64,000 nt of DNA from an archaeon (GTDB lineage: Archaea > SpSt-1190 > DYHY01), in NCBI GenBank assembly GCA_043803745.1, contig JAZDJS010000048.1, forward strand, positions 4,385-68,384, in the 5' to 3' direction. Positions 51,878-62,234 of the stretch are shown here, one piece after another. Each line of letters starts with the position of its first letter. Positions within the stretch are counted from its first letter, which is position 1. A program made the position numbers and the translations under genes. The notes below the pieces were generated by a model, which did not search any database, had not been told where the DNA came from, and saw only the letters and a list, made by a program, of their open reading frames with translations.

Positions 51878-53923
51878 ATGTTGTGGTGTAGGGAAAAGAT
51901 GAAAGTGAAACATTTTGGCGCGCTTTTGATTGCCTGCCTTGCCTTGCTTCTTTCGGGCTGCACGATTGGACCCGACCCGGACGGGGGCGGGATTTCCTTT
52001 CTCCTGACTCTCCAGGACCCCGTTGCAACGCTTGGAAGCGGGGAAGTCTTCACTCTCAAGGGCCTTGGCGCGAACTCCTCGAATCTTTACGCAACAATAA
52101 AATCGGACGGAGCAACGAATTCGTATTCATTTTCATGCATGAACTCGTCCGAAACAGTTGGCCTTCTGAAGGTTTCGGTCAGGAACTGCACAAGGGTTTC
52201 CGAAACGAACGGGTATGCAGTCGTTTCCCTTTTCAAGCTTGAAAAAACTGAATCGGCTCCCGATGAAGCAACTCCGGCCACGATAGACCCGTTCACGACC
52301 ATACTGACGACGGCCCCGGGTCCGGTTCCTCCAACTCAACCCGAAGAATTTCCCGGCCAGGAAACCCCTGAAACTATAGACACCCTTCCGACATCTTCGA
52401 TAGCAATGACGACGGCCCCGGGTGCGGCCCCGGGTGCGGCTCCGCCGGCCCCGGAAACTGTCAGAAGCAACTGCAATTCCGACCCGGAATTCGAAAGGAT
52501 TTGCTCGAACGTTGGAATGTCAACCGAGGGTTTCTCGGAAAACCGGACGCTTCACTGCACGGAGGGCTATTCCTGCTGGTTCAGGAAACGGGAAGTTGTC
52601 CCGGGTGTGAATGAGACTGAAAGCGAGACGCGGGTCACTACGGTCACGATAGACACTTCTTCCTCAACGACAATAACGACGACGGCTCCCGGTGCGGTTC
52701 CCGCTGTTGTTATTCAGAATGCGCCAAGTTGCGTTTCCGATTATGAATACTACCGGGCTTGCTCGTACCGGAATTCCACCAACCGGAGCCTGATAAACCT
52801 GTCGGGGGAAATCGGTCTGCCGGCTGCATTCAACCTGTCTGCAATGGTCTTTCTAAGCAACGATTCAATCGGGTGCGAAGGCGATAACCGGGTTTGCTGG
52901 ACCTACAAGCTCGGCACGTTCAATTTGAGCATAGCGGCTAAGCGAGGAGGCCTGACAGGTGAATGCATTGAAAACATTTCTTTCAAGGTCTGGAACGAAA
53001 CCTGGTCTGAAGAAGGGTTCCTGCCGGAGTCGTACGTTATTGTCGGAAAAGCGCGGGTACATGAGCTCAAGCGCATATATTTCAGAAATCTTGCCCCGGG
53101 AACTTACAGCTATTCGATAAGGGCTCCCGGTTATCCCGAGGCCTATTCGAACATCACCAGCAAAGCTTCTCCCTACAACCGGGACCGTTCAATCGTCTGG
53201 ATTATGGAACCTCTTGAGCTGAAGACCGTTCCAGTCACCTTCCACTTCACAGCGAAACAATGGTATGAATTCGGCGCGCGTTACTGGGACCTTGACAACG
53301 GCGAGATTGTCCTTGTCAACGAAACAAGGGGGCTCCGCTATTCCGAGAAAACGAACTCAACGGGATATGTCGTGCTTGAACTGATTCCCGCGAAATACGA
53401 CCTCACTGCAACCTGGAGGAACGCAACAATGAACGGAAAAATTAACGATATCCCGTTGAGTTCGAACGGAACAAATCCCCGTAGTTTCCAGTTCGATCTC
53501 AGCACTGCGCTAGTCTGCGGGCCGGGACTGAATCCGGTGTTAGTAGAGGGCTGCTTCAGGGAAAACATGAGCCTGCAGGGATACCTCCCTTCGACTTTGA
53601 AATGCGCGGAGGGCTATTCCTGTTTCTTTCGGTATAAGACCTGTGAAGAGTATTCCGACGGAATGCAGGACTTTGTGTGCTCGGGGGAAAACCTGACCGG
53701 CCAAGGATACGCACTGAAGGACAAGTGGTCTACCTACAGGGATAAAGGGGTCTGCCCGGAAGGGCAATCCTGCTGGAGAATATATCATCCCTGCGAGACA
53801 TTCAACAACTCCAGAGCTGACTACCGCTGTTCCGCCGAGAACTTTACAAGCCAGGGATACCAGAACCTGAGCGCATTCCCCTGCCCGACCGGACAGATAT
53901 GCTGGAGAAAGTTTTCGAGGTGA
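51878..53923 (+). CDS. secreted Cys-repeat putative lipoprotein with Thr/Pro-rich linkers
   Basis: 681 aa. The signal peptide ends in a lipobox-like LLSGC. TTAPGxxP linkers occur three times. There are at least 5 copies of a roughly 40-aa module ending C-x-(E/T)-G-(Y/Q)-S-C-(W/F)-(F/R)-(R/K), and many N-x-S/T sequons. Confidence 0.7.
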   Translation: MLWCREKMKVKHFGALLIACLALLLSGCTIGPDPDGGGISFLLTLQDPVATLGSGEVFTLKGLGANSSNLYATIKSDGATNSYSFSCMNSSETVGLLKVSVRNCTRVSETNGYAVVSLFKLEKTESAPDEATPATIDPFTTILTTAPGPVPPTQPEEFPGQETPETIDTLPTSSIAMTTAPGAAPGAAPPAPETVRSNCNSDPEFERICSNVGMSTEGFSENRTLHCTEGYSCWFRKREVVPGVNETESETRVTTVTIDTSSSTTITTTAPGAVPAVVIQNAPSCVSDYEYYRACSYRNSTNRSLINLSGEIGLPAAFNLSAMVFLSNDSIGCEGDNRVCWTYKLGTFNLSIAAKRGGLTGECIENISFKVWNETWSEEGFLPESYVIVGKARVHELKRIYFRNLAPGTYSYSIRAPGYPEAYSNITSKASPYNRDRSIVWIMEPLELKTVPVTFHFTAKQWYEFGARYWDLDNGEIVLVNETRGLRYSEKTNSTGYVVLELIPAKYDLTATWRNATMNGKINDIPLSSNGTNPRSFQFDLSTALVCGPGLNPVLVEGCFRENMSLQGYLPSTLKCAEGYSCFFRYKTCEEYSDGMQDFVCSGENLTGQGYALKDKWSTYRDKGVCPEGQSCWRIYHPCETFNNSRADYRCSAENFTSQGYQNLSAFPCPTGQICWRKFSR

Positions 53924-54646
53924 GTTTTTTCTTCTTCTTCTTCTTGCCGGACGGCTTAAGTCCGCTTTCCCACACAGTCCCAGTGCCGGGCTAGTCAAAT
54001 CTGGTGTCGGCACGGGTCCGGCTTTTTCCGGACAATTTTCAGGAAAAATTGGCGGCCTATTCCCTTTGGGTTTCACATTCTCGAGGTCGGGTAATTCCAG
54101 AATATTATCGCCGACCTTGATCCGGATTTTTCCGGACAAATATCCGCCATGCGTTTGGCGGACGGCCTCAGGCCCGCTTTCCCACACATTCCAATTTTCA
54201 GGAAAGCGAGCTTTTCGGCCTGTGTCCCGTCACACTAACGCTCCCCGATCCTCCTAACGTGATTAACGATACACTCTGTCCTGGGGAGTATCCCTCGTTG
54301 CGGGAGGGATTCCCGACAGGCCGGCTTAAAAACAGTTTCCCCTCGGGGTTCCCTCGGGGTTCCCTCGGGGTTCCCCTGCCTCCTGGTTTTACCGGGCGTT
54401 ATCTCAGTTTTTCCTCTTGAACTACCGCGGGCTAAAAAAGCCCGCGGATTTCGATGCTGCAGCATTGATCAAGTAACTCTTGACTCGGTAATAGGCGGGC
54501 TAATTCGCCCGCAATCATAGTGTGAAATCTGGAGCGCGCGTCATCCTCAGATGATCCAGCATCGGCTGGATATTTCCGCCCTCAAAGGGCAGAGTTTTGC
54601 GCGCGAAAGAATAAAAGTTAAATAGTGACCTTATTTCCATGGCAGA
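53924..54646. repeat. repeat-rich 720-bp intergenic region
   Basis: CCGCTTTCCCACACA and TTTTCCGGACAA / TTTTCAGGAAA modules each occur twice. There is a 3x tandem CCCTCGGGGTT, plus palindromes CGCGGGCTAAAAAAGCCCGCGG and ATGCTGCAGCAT. Confidence 0.6.
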
Positions 54647-55012
54647 ATGGCAACATTACAGCAAGAACAGGTTCGCACAGGTCAAGGTGGGAACTCCGGA
54701 AGTTCCCAGGGTCCCCCCTCGGGGAACGGCACGGAAGCTCTTGAGATAAACGAATTCATGCTCAAGATGATTGAGGTCCTTAACAAAAGGTTCGGGGCGG
54801 TCAATCACCAGCTCAACGAGATTTCCGCAAAATCCGCGGGAAAGGTTGAGCTGGCAGAAAAGCTTGCTGAGCTTAGGGCGAAACACGACAGGGAAAAGGA
54901 GGATTTGCTCGCAAGGATTACGCTCCTTGACAACGAGCTTGTCGCGCTGAAAAACTCCCTCAAGCCCCCCGAGCCGAAAGTCAACAAGAACATCCTCAAG
55001 CACCTGGAGTGA
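54647..55012 (+). CDS. coiled-coil protein (hypothetical), first gene of a three-gene module
   Basis: 121 aa with a Gly/Ser/Gln-rich N-terminus then a continuous heptad-like helix. Confidence 0.5.
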   Translation: MATLQQEQVRTGQGGNSGSSQGPPSGNGTEALEINEFMLKMIEVLNKRFGAVNHQLNEISAKSAGKVELAEKLAELRAKHDREKEDLLARITLLDNELVALKNSLKPPEPKVNKNILKHLE

Positions 55013-55422
55013 CTCGCGTGTCCTTCTCGGAAGTTTCGGCAATCCTTGTCAAGCTTTCCGAGGTAGTATCCCGACAGAGCGAGGAAATAGAACTTATCCG
55101 CGCCGACCTCCACATCCTTGCCAACAGCAGCTCGACAAATGTCGCAAAGCTGAGGGAACGCATTGACCGGGCTGAGAAGGCGATTACTGAAGAGCATCCG
55201 AAGGTTGTTTCCGAACGGTTCGAGAGCATCGAGGGCAAACTTGAGGAAATGTTTCACAGGTTCAACCAGACCGGTTCGCGCCTCTCGGAAATCTCAAGAA
55301 GGCTTGAGGAACTGAAGGAAAGGGAATCTTCCGAGGAAAAGTACGGAGAAGCAACGAGGAAGCTTGCCGGAGTCGGGCGGCTCATCAATCCCTCGATACT
55401 TTCCTATCTTGAACGGCCCTGA
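55009..55422 (+). CDS. coiled-coil protein (hypothetical), translationally coupled to the upstream gene
   Basis: 137 aa with its start overlapping the upstream stop. It is helical and heptad-like (ELIRADLHILAN...LEELKERE). Confidence 0.5.
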   Translation: MTRVSFSEVSAILVKLSEVVSRQSEEIELIRADLHILANSSSTNVAKLRERIDRAEKAITEEHPKVVSERFESIEGKLEEMFHRFNQTGSRLSEISRRLEELKERESSEEKYGEATRKLAGVGRLINPSILSYLERP

Positions 55423-55466
55423 CAGTGAAAAAGTTATTTAAGTAACGTAGCGGGAGTAATAATGAA

Positions 55467-57224
55467 ATGAAAGGACCTGGACCATTGGATAGTCCTGTAA
55501 TATCAATTGACGATTTTCTCCGGAAGATGCAATGCGACCCTCGCCAGGACAAGGGCATTTACCTGCCGGGGGGAAAGCACCCGCACCCTGAGTTGGGAAA
55601 AGGTGGCGGAGGCGGATATTGGGGACGCTGGGCAATGTGGAACGACGCGCCCTGGCAGCCCCATTGCTTGGTTTTCGGGGCAACGCTTCCGGAGCCGATA
55701 TACTACAATATTGTCGATTTCATGTGCGGAACTACCGGCCTCTGGTGGGATTACACGAAAATCCGGGAAGGCATTGCAGCATCCCCGACAAGCAGGCTCC
55801 AGGGGGAAATCCTCGGGCGCCAGTCCTTCCAGAGGAAGGATGCGAAGGAAATGCTTGCAACGGTCCAGACAATGAAGACGGTCATACTCAACCTCGAAAG
55901 CGATCTTGAGAAAATCCGCGAGCAGCGGGAGGCATTCACCAACAAGAACCCCGAGCAAATCAAGGGGCTTTTCGTCGATAACTTCGGCGGGCCCTCAAGG
56001 AGCTGGTCCGCCCTCGCGCACCAGGTCCCGATAGTGAAGAGCGCGCTGACCTGGTTCTACAGGATGGAGGAAAAATCTCCCGACGCCCTGAAGATGAAGA
56101 AGAAGGACAAGGAATCGGACGCGGAATTCCAGGCGCGCTGGACGAAGGAATGCCAGTCCGACATGGAAAAACAGGCGGATATTTTCGTCAAGTCCGAGGA
56201 GCTCAATCCGGCCGTCGCGAACTATCTCAAGCGGAAAATCCAGGAATACTGGACCTGGCGGAACAGCTATCAGGCTTTCATCAGCAAGACCTACAATTCG
56301 GTAATCCACAACATCCGCCAGCAGAGGGTGAACCTGCAGCTTTACATGAAATGGGCCCAGCGGAACATCCAGGAAGCCGAGAACATGCTGATTCCGTTCA
56401 ACGAGGTTGACCAGATATACGGGATGTTCGCGGAGGAATTCCCGCAGTTCGCGCCCCTGATGTACACCGTGACGGACATGTTCTACGACCCGGAGGGAAA
56501 ATGGCCTATTGTCACGGACAGGATGAGGCCCTGGCTACCCTGCATCGCAATCCAGCTCTTGATGAGCTACAATCCCGACCTTCAGGGGAACAAATTCGTC
56601 AGGGGCTTCTCAGTGATGAGCTACGGCGTGATTAAGAAGAAGGACAAGGACGACCTTAAGAAAGAGCTTGCCAGGGAAAGCTCCAACTTCGTCGAGATAA
56701 TGCGGACCGCCGGGGGGTTCAAGGAAGACGACCTCAAAAGCCTCGGACTCACCGAAACTGCCGAGGAGAAGGATATCGGGGAATACGAGAAGACAAAAGG
56801 TGAACTCGACGAACTTTCGACCCTGTCGCCCGAGGATACGGCTCAAGGATATTCCGTCGAGGGGGCGAACAAGGAAAAAATGAAGGCGCTTACGAAGAAG
56901 CTCTCGGAACTCGGGCAGAAGATAGGCGTTGAGGAAGTCGCTGACAAGGGCAAGACCCCTGAGGAAGCCGGCAAGTCGATAATGAAGGAGATGGAATCCT
57001 GGTTCAAGCCGTTGAAAACGAATGATACGCAGCTCTACAGCCAGATGTGGAACTGGCGTGAGGCGTTCTTGGCGGGCATAAAGCCGATGCTGGGGTTTTT
57101 CGGGAACGAGACCGACAAGGTCTTCGACACGAGGAAAAGGCGCGCATCCTGGTTCGCATACAACACGTTCTTCAAGGTCTACCACGGGCTCAAGGCGAGC
57201 TACGGCTGGCTTGATTACGTTTAA
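55467..57224 (+). CDS. large Trp/Lys/Glu-rich protein of unknown function
   Basis: 585 aa. There is no P-loop, no TM segment and no recognisable catalytic motif. It has a Gly-rich stretch GKGGGGGYWGRW and many W/Y/F residues. Confidence 0.55.
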   Translation: MKGPGPLDSPVISIDDFLRKMQCDPRQDKGIYLPGGKHPHPELGKGGGGGYWGRWAMWNDAPWQPHCLVFGATLPEPIYYNIVDFMCGTTGLWWDYTKIREGIAASPTSRLQGEILGRQSFQRKDAKEMLATVQTMKTVILNLESDLEKIREQREAFTNKNPEQIKGLFVDNFGGPSRSWSALAHQVPIVKSALTWFYRMEEKSPDALKMKKKDKESDAEFQARWTKECQSDMEKQADIFVKSEELNPAVANYLKRKIQEYWTWRNSYQAFISKTYNSVIHNIRQQRVNLQLYMKWAQRNIQEAENMLIPFNEVDQIYGMFAEEFPQFAPLMYTVTDMFYDPEGKWPIVTDRMRPWLPCIAIQLLMSYNPDLQGNKFVRGFSVMSYGVIKKKDKDDLKKELARESSNFVEIMRTAGGFKEDDLKSLGLTETAEEKDIGEYEKTKGELDELSTLSPEDTAQGYSVEGANKEKMKALTKKLSELGQKIGVEEVADKGKTPEEAGKSIMKEMESWFKPLKTNDTQLYSQMWNWREAFLAGIKPMLGFFGNETDKVFDTRKRRASWFAYNTFFKVYHGLKASYGWLDYV

Positions 57225-57228
57225 GTTT

Positions 57229-57513
57229 TCAGCGGGGCCAGCAGGAAAAGAGCCTCTTGAGCTTTTCGGTCGGAACGTATTCTATTGAAACGGGCTTCCC
57301 TCCGGAAACCCTGCGGGACACGAGCCCCTTCTTCTCAAGCTCGGCAAGCCTCCTCGAGAGTATCGACGGATTTATTCCCTTCAAATTCCGCTTGAGGCCG
57401 TTGAACTTTGTCGTTCCCGAATGGATCTCCTTGATGATCGCAAGGGCCCACTTCTTCTCGAAAATCGAAAGGACCTCGAAGACCGGGCACTCGTGGCCAT
57501 GCCTCTTCATCAT
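57229..57513 (-). CDS. HxlR-type winged-helix transcriptional regulator
   Basis: 94 aa with CPVFEVLSIFEKKWALAIIKEI...FNGLKRNLKGINPSILSRRLAELEKKGLV. The listed 344-aa ORF is trimmed because its N-terminal 250 aa is antisense to sufC. Confidence 0.75.
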   Translation of the reverse strand: MMKRHGHECPVFEVLSIFEKKWALAIIKEIHSGTTKFNGLKRNLKGINPSILSRRLAELEKKGLVSRRVSGGKPVSIEYVPTEKLKRLFSCWPR

Positions 57514-57604
57514 CCCGTGATAGTCCGGCAGCCCTTTAAAAATGATGCGCTGCAATAAACAATAAAAACCCGGTATAGAATAAGTACTTGATTCAAATAA
57601 GGAA

Positions 57605-58369
57605 ATGAAGGCAAAGGGGAAAAGACTCCTCGAGGTGCGGGGGTTGAGGGCTTCTGTCGGCGGCAAGGCCATTCTGAGGGGGGTTGACCTCTCCGTCGGG
57701 GAGGGGGAAATACACCTAGTGATGGGTCCGAACGGGAGCGGAAAAAGCACCCTTGCGCACGTCATCATGGGCGACCCGAAATATTCGGTTACCCGCGGGA
57801 AACTCCTCCTTGGAGGCAAGGACATCTCTTCCCTTGAGACTGATGCCCGCGCGCGGGAGGGGCTTTTCCTTGCGCTCCAGCACCCGACCGAGATTTCCGG
57901 CGTGACCCTTTTCAGCTTCCTCAGGGCGGCCGTAAACTCCCGGAGAACGAAAAAGGAGCCGGTTTCGCTTGCCGAATTCAGGGGGAAGGTTGAAACCGCC
58001 TGCCGGACCCTTGGGATTGACGGGTCCTTCCTTGAAAGGGAGCTTAACGCGGGTTTCTCGGGCGGGGAGAAGAAGCGCGCGGAAGTCCTCCAGGCGCTGG
58101 TTCTCGAGCCGAAGCTTGCGGTTTTCGACGAGACCGATTCGGGCCTTGACCTTGACTCGCTGAAAACGGTTGCGACGACAATTGAGAAAATGCGCTCACC
58201 CAAATTCTCGGCAATAGTCATCACCCACAATCCGCGTGTCCTGAAATACATAAGGCCGGACAAGGTGCACGTTCTTTCCAGAGGCGTCGTAGTCAGGACC
58301 GGGGGGAAGGAGGTTGCGAAGCTCCTTGAGAAGGGGGGCTATTCCTTCCTCCGGGAGAAGGAAGGTTGA
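57605..58369 (+). CDS. sufC: Fe-S cluster assembly ATPase SufC
   Basis: Walker [14 protein letters not shown] signature FSGGEKKR and Walker [13 protein letters not shown] are all present. Confidence 0.9.
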   Translation: MKAKGKRLLEVRGLRASVGGKAILRGVDLSVGEGEIHLVMGPNGSGKSTLAHVIMGDPKYSVTRGKLLLGGKDISSLETDARAREGLFLALQHPTEISGVTLFSFLRAAVNSRRTKKEPVSLAEFRGKVETACRTLGIDGSFLERELNAGFSGGEKKRAEVLQALVLEPKLAVFDETDSGLDLDSLKTVATTIEKMRSPKFSAIVITHNPRVLKYIRPDKVHVLSRGVVVRTGGKEVAKLLEKGGYSFLREKEG

Positions 58370-59783
58370 ATTGGCGCTTCCCGGAAGAATTGCGAAAATA
58401 GGGCGGGACTACCGAGAACGGTACGGATTCCATGTGCGGGAACGCTCTGTTTTCAGGACCGACAAGGGAATTTCCGAGGGGGTTGTCAGGGAGATTTCTA
58501 GGATGAAAAACGAGCCCGACTGGATGCTTCAGCTGAGGCTTTCCGCCCTTGAAATTTTCCAGAAAAAGAGAATGCCGACCTGGGGGGCGGACCTCTCGGA
58601 AATTGATTTCGGGAGGCTCACATACTACATCAGGCCCCAGGACAAGAAAACGGGGAAATGGGCGGACCTTCCCGAGGAGATACGGACGACTTTCGACAGG
58701 CTGGGCGTCCCCGGAGCCGAGAAAAAATTCCTGGGCGGTGTCGGCGCGCAATATGAAAGCGAGGTCGTCTACCACAGCCTCCGGCGCGAACTTTCCCGCA
58801 AGGGGATAATTTTCCTTGACATGGATTCGGGCCTGAGGGAACATCCGGAGCTCGTCAGGAAATATTTCGGGAAGATTGTCCCGGCGGCTGACAACAAGTT
58901 CTCCGCGCTGAACACTGCGGCATGGTCCGGAGGGACTTTCCTTTATGTCCCGAAGGGCGTCAAGGTGAAAATCCCCCTCCAGGCATATTTCAGGATGAAC
59001 GCGAAGAACATCGGCCAGTTCGAACGCACCCTGATTGTCGCTGACGAGGGCGCGGAGGTCCACTACGTGGAAGGCTGCACGGCGCCAATCTACTCTACCG
59101 ATTCCCTGCACGCGGCGGTCGTCGAGCTCGTCGCAATGAAGGGCTCCAAGATTCGTTACACGACAATCCAGAACTGGTCGAACAACGTTTACAACCTGGT
59201 CACCAAGCGCGCTCATGCACACGAGGGCGCAAAAGTCGAATGGGTTGACGGGAACATCGGAAGCAAGATTACGATGAAATATCCTTCGGTCTTCCTCCTC
59301 GGGCCGCGCGCGCGCGCGGACATACTCTCAATAGCGTTCGCAGGAAGGGGCCAGCACCAGGATGCCGGGGGGAAGGTTCTCCATCTTGCCCCGGACACGG
59401 CTTCGACAATAGTTTCCAAGTCGATTTCCCATTCGGGGGGGCGCACATCATATCGGGGAAAGCTCTTTGTCCAGAAGGGCTCGACCGGCGTCAAGAGTTC
59501 AATGCGCTGTGACGCGCTGATAATCGACGGCAGGAGCAGGAGCGACACGTACCCGGACATTGTCGTAAAAGAGCGGGACGCGACAATCGGGCACGAGGCA
59601 ACTGTCGGCAAAATCGGGGACGAGCAGATTTTCTACCTGATGAGCAGGGGGATTCCCCACGATGAGGCGGTCTCCCTGATTGTGATGGGCTTCATCGAGG
59701 GATTCACAAAGGAGCTCCCGATGGAATATGCTGTCGAGCTTAACCGGCTCGTAAGGCTTGAGATGGGGGGCTCGGTTGGCTGA
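58314..59783 (+). CDS. sufB: Fe-S cluster assembly protein SufB
   Basis: It has the SufB N-terminal block ([22 protein letters not shown]) and the C-terminal SufBD domain. The true start is probably near 58366, after the sufC stop. Confidence 0.85.
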   Translation: MRSSLRRGAIPSSGRRKVELALPGRIAKIGRDYRERYGFHVRERSVFRTDKGISEGVVREISRMKNEPDWMLQLRLSALEIFQKKRMPTWGADLSEIDFGRLTYYIRPQDKKTGKWADLPEEIRTTFDRLGVPGAEKKFLGGVGAQYESEVVYHSLRRELSRKGIIFLDMDSGLREHPELVRKYFGKIVPAADNKFSALNTAAWSGGTFLYVPKGVKVKIPLQAYFRMNAKNIGQFERTLIVADEGAEVHYVEGCTAPIYSTDSLHAAVVELVAMKGSKIRYTTIQNWSNNVYNLVTKRAHAHEGAKVEWVDGNIGSKITMKYPSVFLLGPRARADILSIAFAGRGQHQDAGGKVLHLAPDTASTIVSKSISHSGGRTSYRGKLFVQKGSTGVKSSMRCDALIIDGRSRSDTYPDIVVKERDATIGHEATVGKIGDEQIFYLMSRGIPHDEAVSLIVMGFIEGFTKELPMEYAVELNRLVRLEMGGSVG

Positions 59784-60609
59784 AATGGGGGAATTGACCG
59801 TCCGGGTAAATGCCGGCGAACATCTTGAAAGGGAAATCGACGTTCCCGCGAATTCGGATTTCAGGCTCTTCCTCGAAAAGGGCGCTTCTGCAAGACTTGT
59901 CGCGAAATTCTTCGGCGAGAGCGGAAAGACGACCCAGAGAATAGAGCTCGCCCCGGGTTCCCAGCTTGCCCTGTGCGAAATCAAGAAGAGCGAGGCGGGC
60001 GGAGAATTCTCCTCCGAAATAACGATTGCAAAGGGCGCGAAATTCCTCGGGCTGAATTCGGTTGTCTCGGGGGGGCGCGTCGGTGAGAAAAGGGAAATAT
60101 TCCTTGCGGGAAAGGGGGCTTCCGCCGACTATTCGGAAATCTTCTGGGAGAATGGGGAGGAGCGCCTTGAAAGCAACCTCCTGATTGTCCACAGCGAGCG
60201 GGATACGTCGGCAACGGCGCATTCAAGGGGGCTTGTTTCGGGCGGGGGGTCTGCGCGCGCCAGGGGCCTTGTCCGGATTGAGAAACGGGCCCAGAAAGCG
60301 AACTCGTTCCTTTCCCAGCACGCAATGCTCCTTGACAGCGAATCCCGGAATGATTCCCTGCCCTTCCTCGAAATAGAGGCAAATGATGTGAAGGCGCGCC
60401 ACTCCGCCGCGGCGGGACCGATTGATCCGGAGCAGGTTTTCTATCTCCAGAGCAGGGGGCTTTCCCGTGAGGAGGCTATCAGGACAATTGCGCTCGGGTT
60501 CCTCCTGGGAAAACTGCCGGGCTTTGAAAGCATTCCCGGGGATGATAGTGCGCTCAGTTCAATTGAACGGCTTTTCGGGGAAAAATGGAGGAGGTCAATC
60601 GAGAAATGA
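59758..60609 (+). CDS. sufD: Fe-S cluster assembly protein SufD (short form)
   Basis: SufBD-family C-terminal core (...HSRGL...[26 protein letters not shown]). Confidence 0.7.
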   Translation: MRWGARLAEMGELTVRVNAGEHLEREIDVPANSDFRLFLEKGASARLVAKFFGESGKTTQRIELAPGSQLALCEIKKSEAGGEFSSEITIAKGAKFLGLNSVVSGGRVGEKREIFLAGKGASADYSEIFWENGEERLESNLLIVHSERDTSATAHSRGLVSGGGSARARGLVRIEKRAQKANSFLSQHAMLLDSESRNDSLPFLEIEANDVKARHSAAAGPIDPEQVFYLQSRGLSREEAIRTIALGFLLGKLPGFESIPGDDSALSSIERLFGEKWRRSIEK

Positions 60610-61820
60610 TGTCTTTTTCGAAACTCCGGGACGATTTTCCGATACTTTCCCGGAAGGTGAACGGGCATGCGCTTGCATACCTTGACAATGCCGCAACGGC
60701 CCAAAAGCCGCGCGCGGTAGTAGAAAGAATGTCGAGGTTCTGGAATGAAACCAACTCGAACGTCCACCGGGGAATGCACGCGCTGAGCGCAAGGGCAACC
60801 GATGAATATGAAGGGGCCCGCGAGAAGATTGCAAGGTTCATCGGGGCGAAAAGCCCCCGGGAAATAATCTTCACGAAGAACGCGACGGAGGGCCTCAACC
60901 TCCTCGCAAGGACCCTGCCGAAAATCTCGGGCAAGGGGCGGGTTGTCCTGACCGAGATGGAGCACCACAGCAACCTTGTCCCGTGGCAGGAGAACTGCGG
61001 ACGGCGGCTCGGCTTCGTTCCGTTCGACAGGAAGACGGGCAAGCTCTGCTGGCGGGAATTTGATTTTTCCGGAACGGCAATCGCGTCAATCACGCACGAA
61101 TCGAACTATCTCGGGACAATAAATCCGGTCAGGAAGATCTCTCGGGCGCTTCCCGAACGCGCGTTCCTCGCTGTTGACGGCGCCCAGAGCGTCCCGAATT
61201 TCCAGGTTGACGTGGGTCGTCTTGGCGCGGACTTTCTCGTTTTCTCGGGGCACAAGATGTGCGGACCCACGGGAATAGGTGTTCTCTGGGGACGCGAGGA
61301 GCTGCTCGAACGGTTGCCCCCGTTCCTCTATGGCGGAGAAATGATTTCGACGGTAAGCCTGCGGTCGGCAGAGTGGAATTCCCTTCCATGGAAGTTCGAG
61401 GCGGGGACCCCCCCGATTGCGGAGGCAATCGGGCTTGGCGCTGCCGTCAACTATCTGCGGAAAATCGGGCTCGGAAGGATACGCAAGCACGGGGCGCGGT
61501 TGACCGGGGCAGCAATCAGGCGGATTTCGGAAATCGGAGGGGCGCGGATATTCGGGCCGGGAAAAATTTCCGAGAGGGGCGGGCTTGTTTCGTTTGAACT
61601 TCCAGGAATACATCCGCACGACATCGCGGGAATCCTTGACAAGAACGGAATCGCAATAAGGGCGGGGCACCACTGCGCCGAGCCGATCTCGAAAAAGCTC
61701 GGGGTTCCGGGAGCTGCCAGGGCAAGCTTCTATTTCTACAACACGCTTGAGGAAGTCGAGAGGCTCGGCTCGGCTCTTGAGCGAGTCCTCAAGGTTTTCA
61801 AGGGAAGGCGGAACTGGTGA
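60585..61820 (+). CDS. sufS: cysteine desulfurase SufS (class V aminotransferase)
   Basis: LDNAATAQKP..., HHSNLVPWQ, the PLP-Lys region FSGHKMCGPTGIGVL and the active-site RAGHHCAEP are present. Confidence 0.9.
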   Translation: MEEVNREMMSFSKLRDDFPILSRKVNGHALAYLDNAATAQKPRAVVERMSRFWNETNSNVHRGMHALSARATDEYEGAREKIARFIGAKSPREIIFTKNATEGLNLLARTLPKISGKGRVVLTEMEHHSNLVPWQENCGRRLGFVPFDRKTGKLCWREFDFSGTAIASITHESNYLGTINPVRKISRALPERAFLAVDGAQSVPNFQVDVGRLGADFLVFSGHKMCGPTGIGVLWGREELLERLPPFLYGGEMISTVSLRSAEWNSLPWKFEAGTPPIAEAIGLGAAVNYLRKIGLGRIRKHGARLTGAAIRRISEIGGARIFGPGKISERGGLVSFELPGIHPHDIAGILDKNGIAIRAGHHCAEPISKKLGVPGAARASFYFYNTLEEVERLGSALERVLKVFKGRRNW

Positions 61821-62225
61821 ATGGACGAATATTCCGAGGAAATTCTCGACCATTACCTTCGGCCAAGGAAACGGGGCAGGATTGCAGGCGCATCGGCAAA
61901 GGCAACTCTTGCAAACCCGGTCTGCGGGGACCGGATAAGCGTCCAGCTGAAAATTTCCGGAGGGAAGATAGAGAAGGCTGCCTTCGAGGGGACCGGCTGC
62001 GCAATAAGCACCGCAGCAGCCTCGATGTTTATGGAGGAAATCGAGGGCAAGAGCGTTTCCACAGTGAGAAAGTTCGGCAGGCCGGAGATAATGCGGCTTC
62101 TGAAAGTAGGCCTAACCCCCGCGAGGGAGCATTGCGCGCTCATTTCCCTTGAAGCGGTCCAGAAAGCCCTCGGCGAGTTCGGGCTGAGGGCGGAGAACAG
62201 GGGAAGAAACCGAAGAAAAGCGTAA
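61821..62225 (+). CDS. sufU: SufU/IscU-like Fe-S scaffold / sulfur acceptor
   Basis: NPVCGDRISV, GTGCAISTAAASM and the REHCALISLEA Cys/His ligand pattern are present. Confidence 0.8.
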   Translation: MDEYSEEILDHYLRPRKRGRIAGASAKATLANPVCGDRISVQLKISGGKIEKAAFEGTGCAISTAAASMFMEEIEGKSVSTVRKFGRPEIMRLLKVGLTPAREHCALISLEAVQKALGEFGLRAENRGRNRRKA

Positions 62226-62234
62226 AAAGAGGGC

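Noticed and set aside
54330-54370. CRISPR array
   Set aside because: There are only three contiguous 11-nt units (CCCTCGGGGTT) with no spacers, and no cas genes in the window.
53930-57224. Calling the repeat region plus three-gene module an integrated provirus or mobile element
   Set aside because: There is no integrase, transposase, tRNA target or clear flanking direct repeats, and GC looks native. It is kept as an open hypothesis in the findings only.
57514-58263. N-terminal 250 aa of the 344-aa minus-strand ORF overlapping sufC
   Set aside because: It is antisense to a bona fide sufC, and its composition is Ser/Arg/Pro-rich. Only the C-terminal HxlR domain (57229-57513) is credible.
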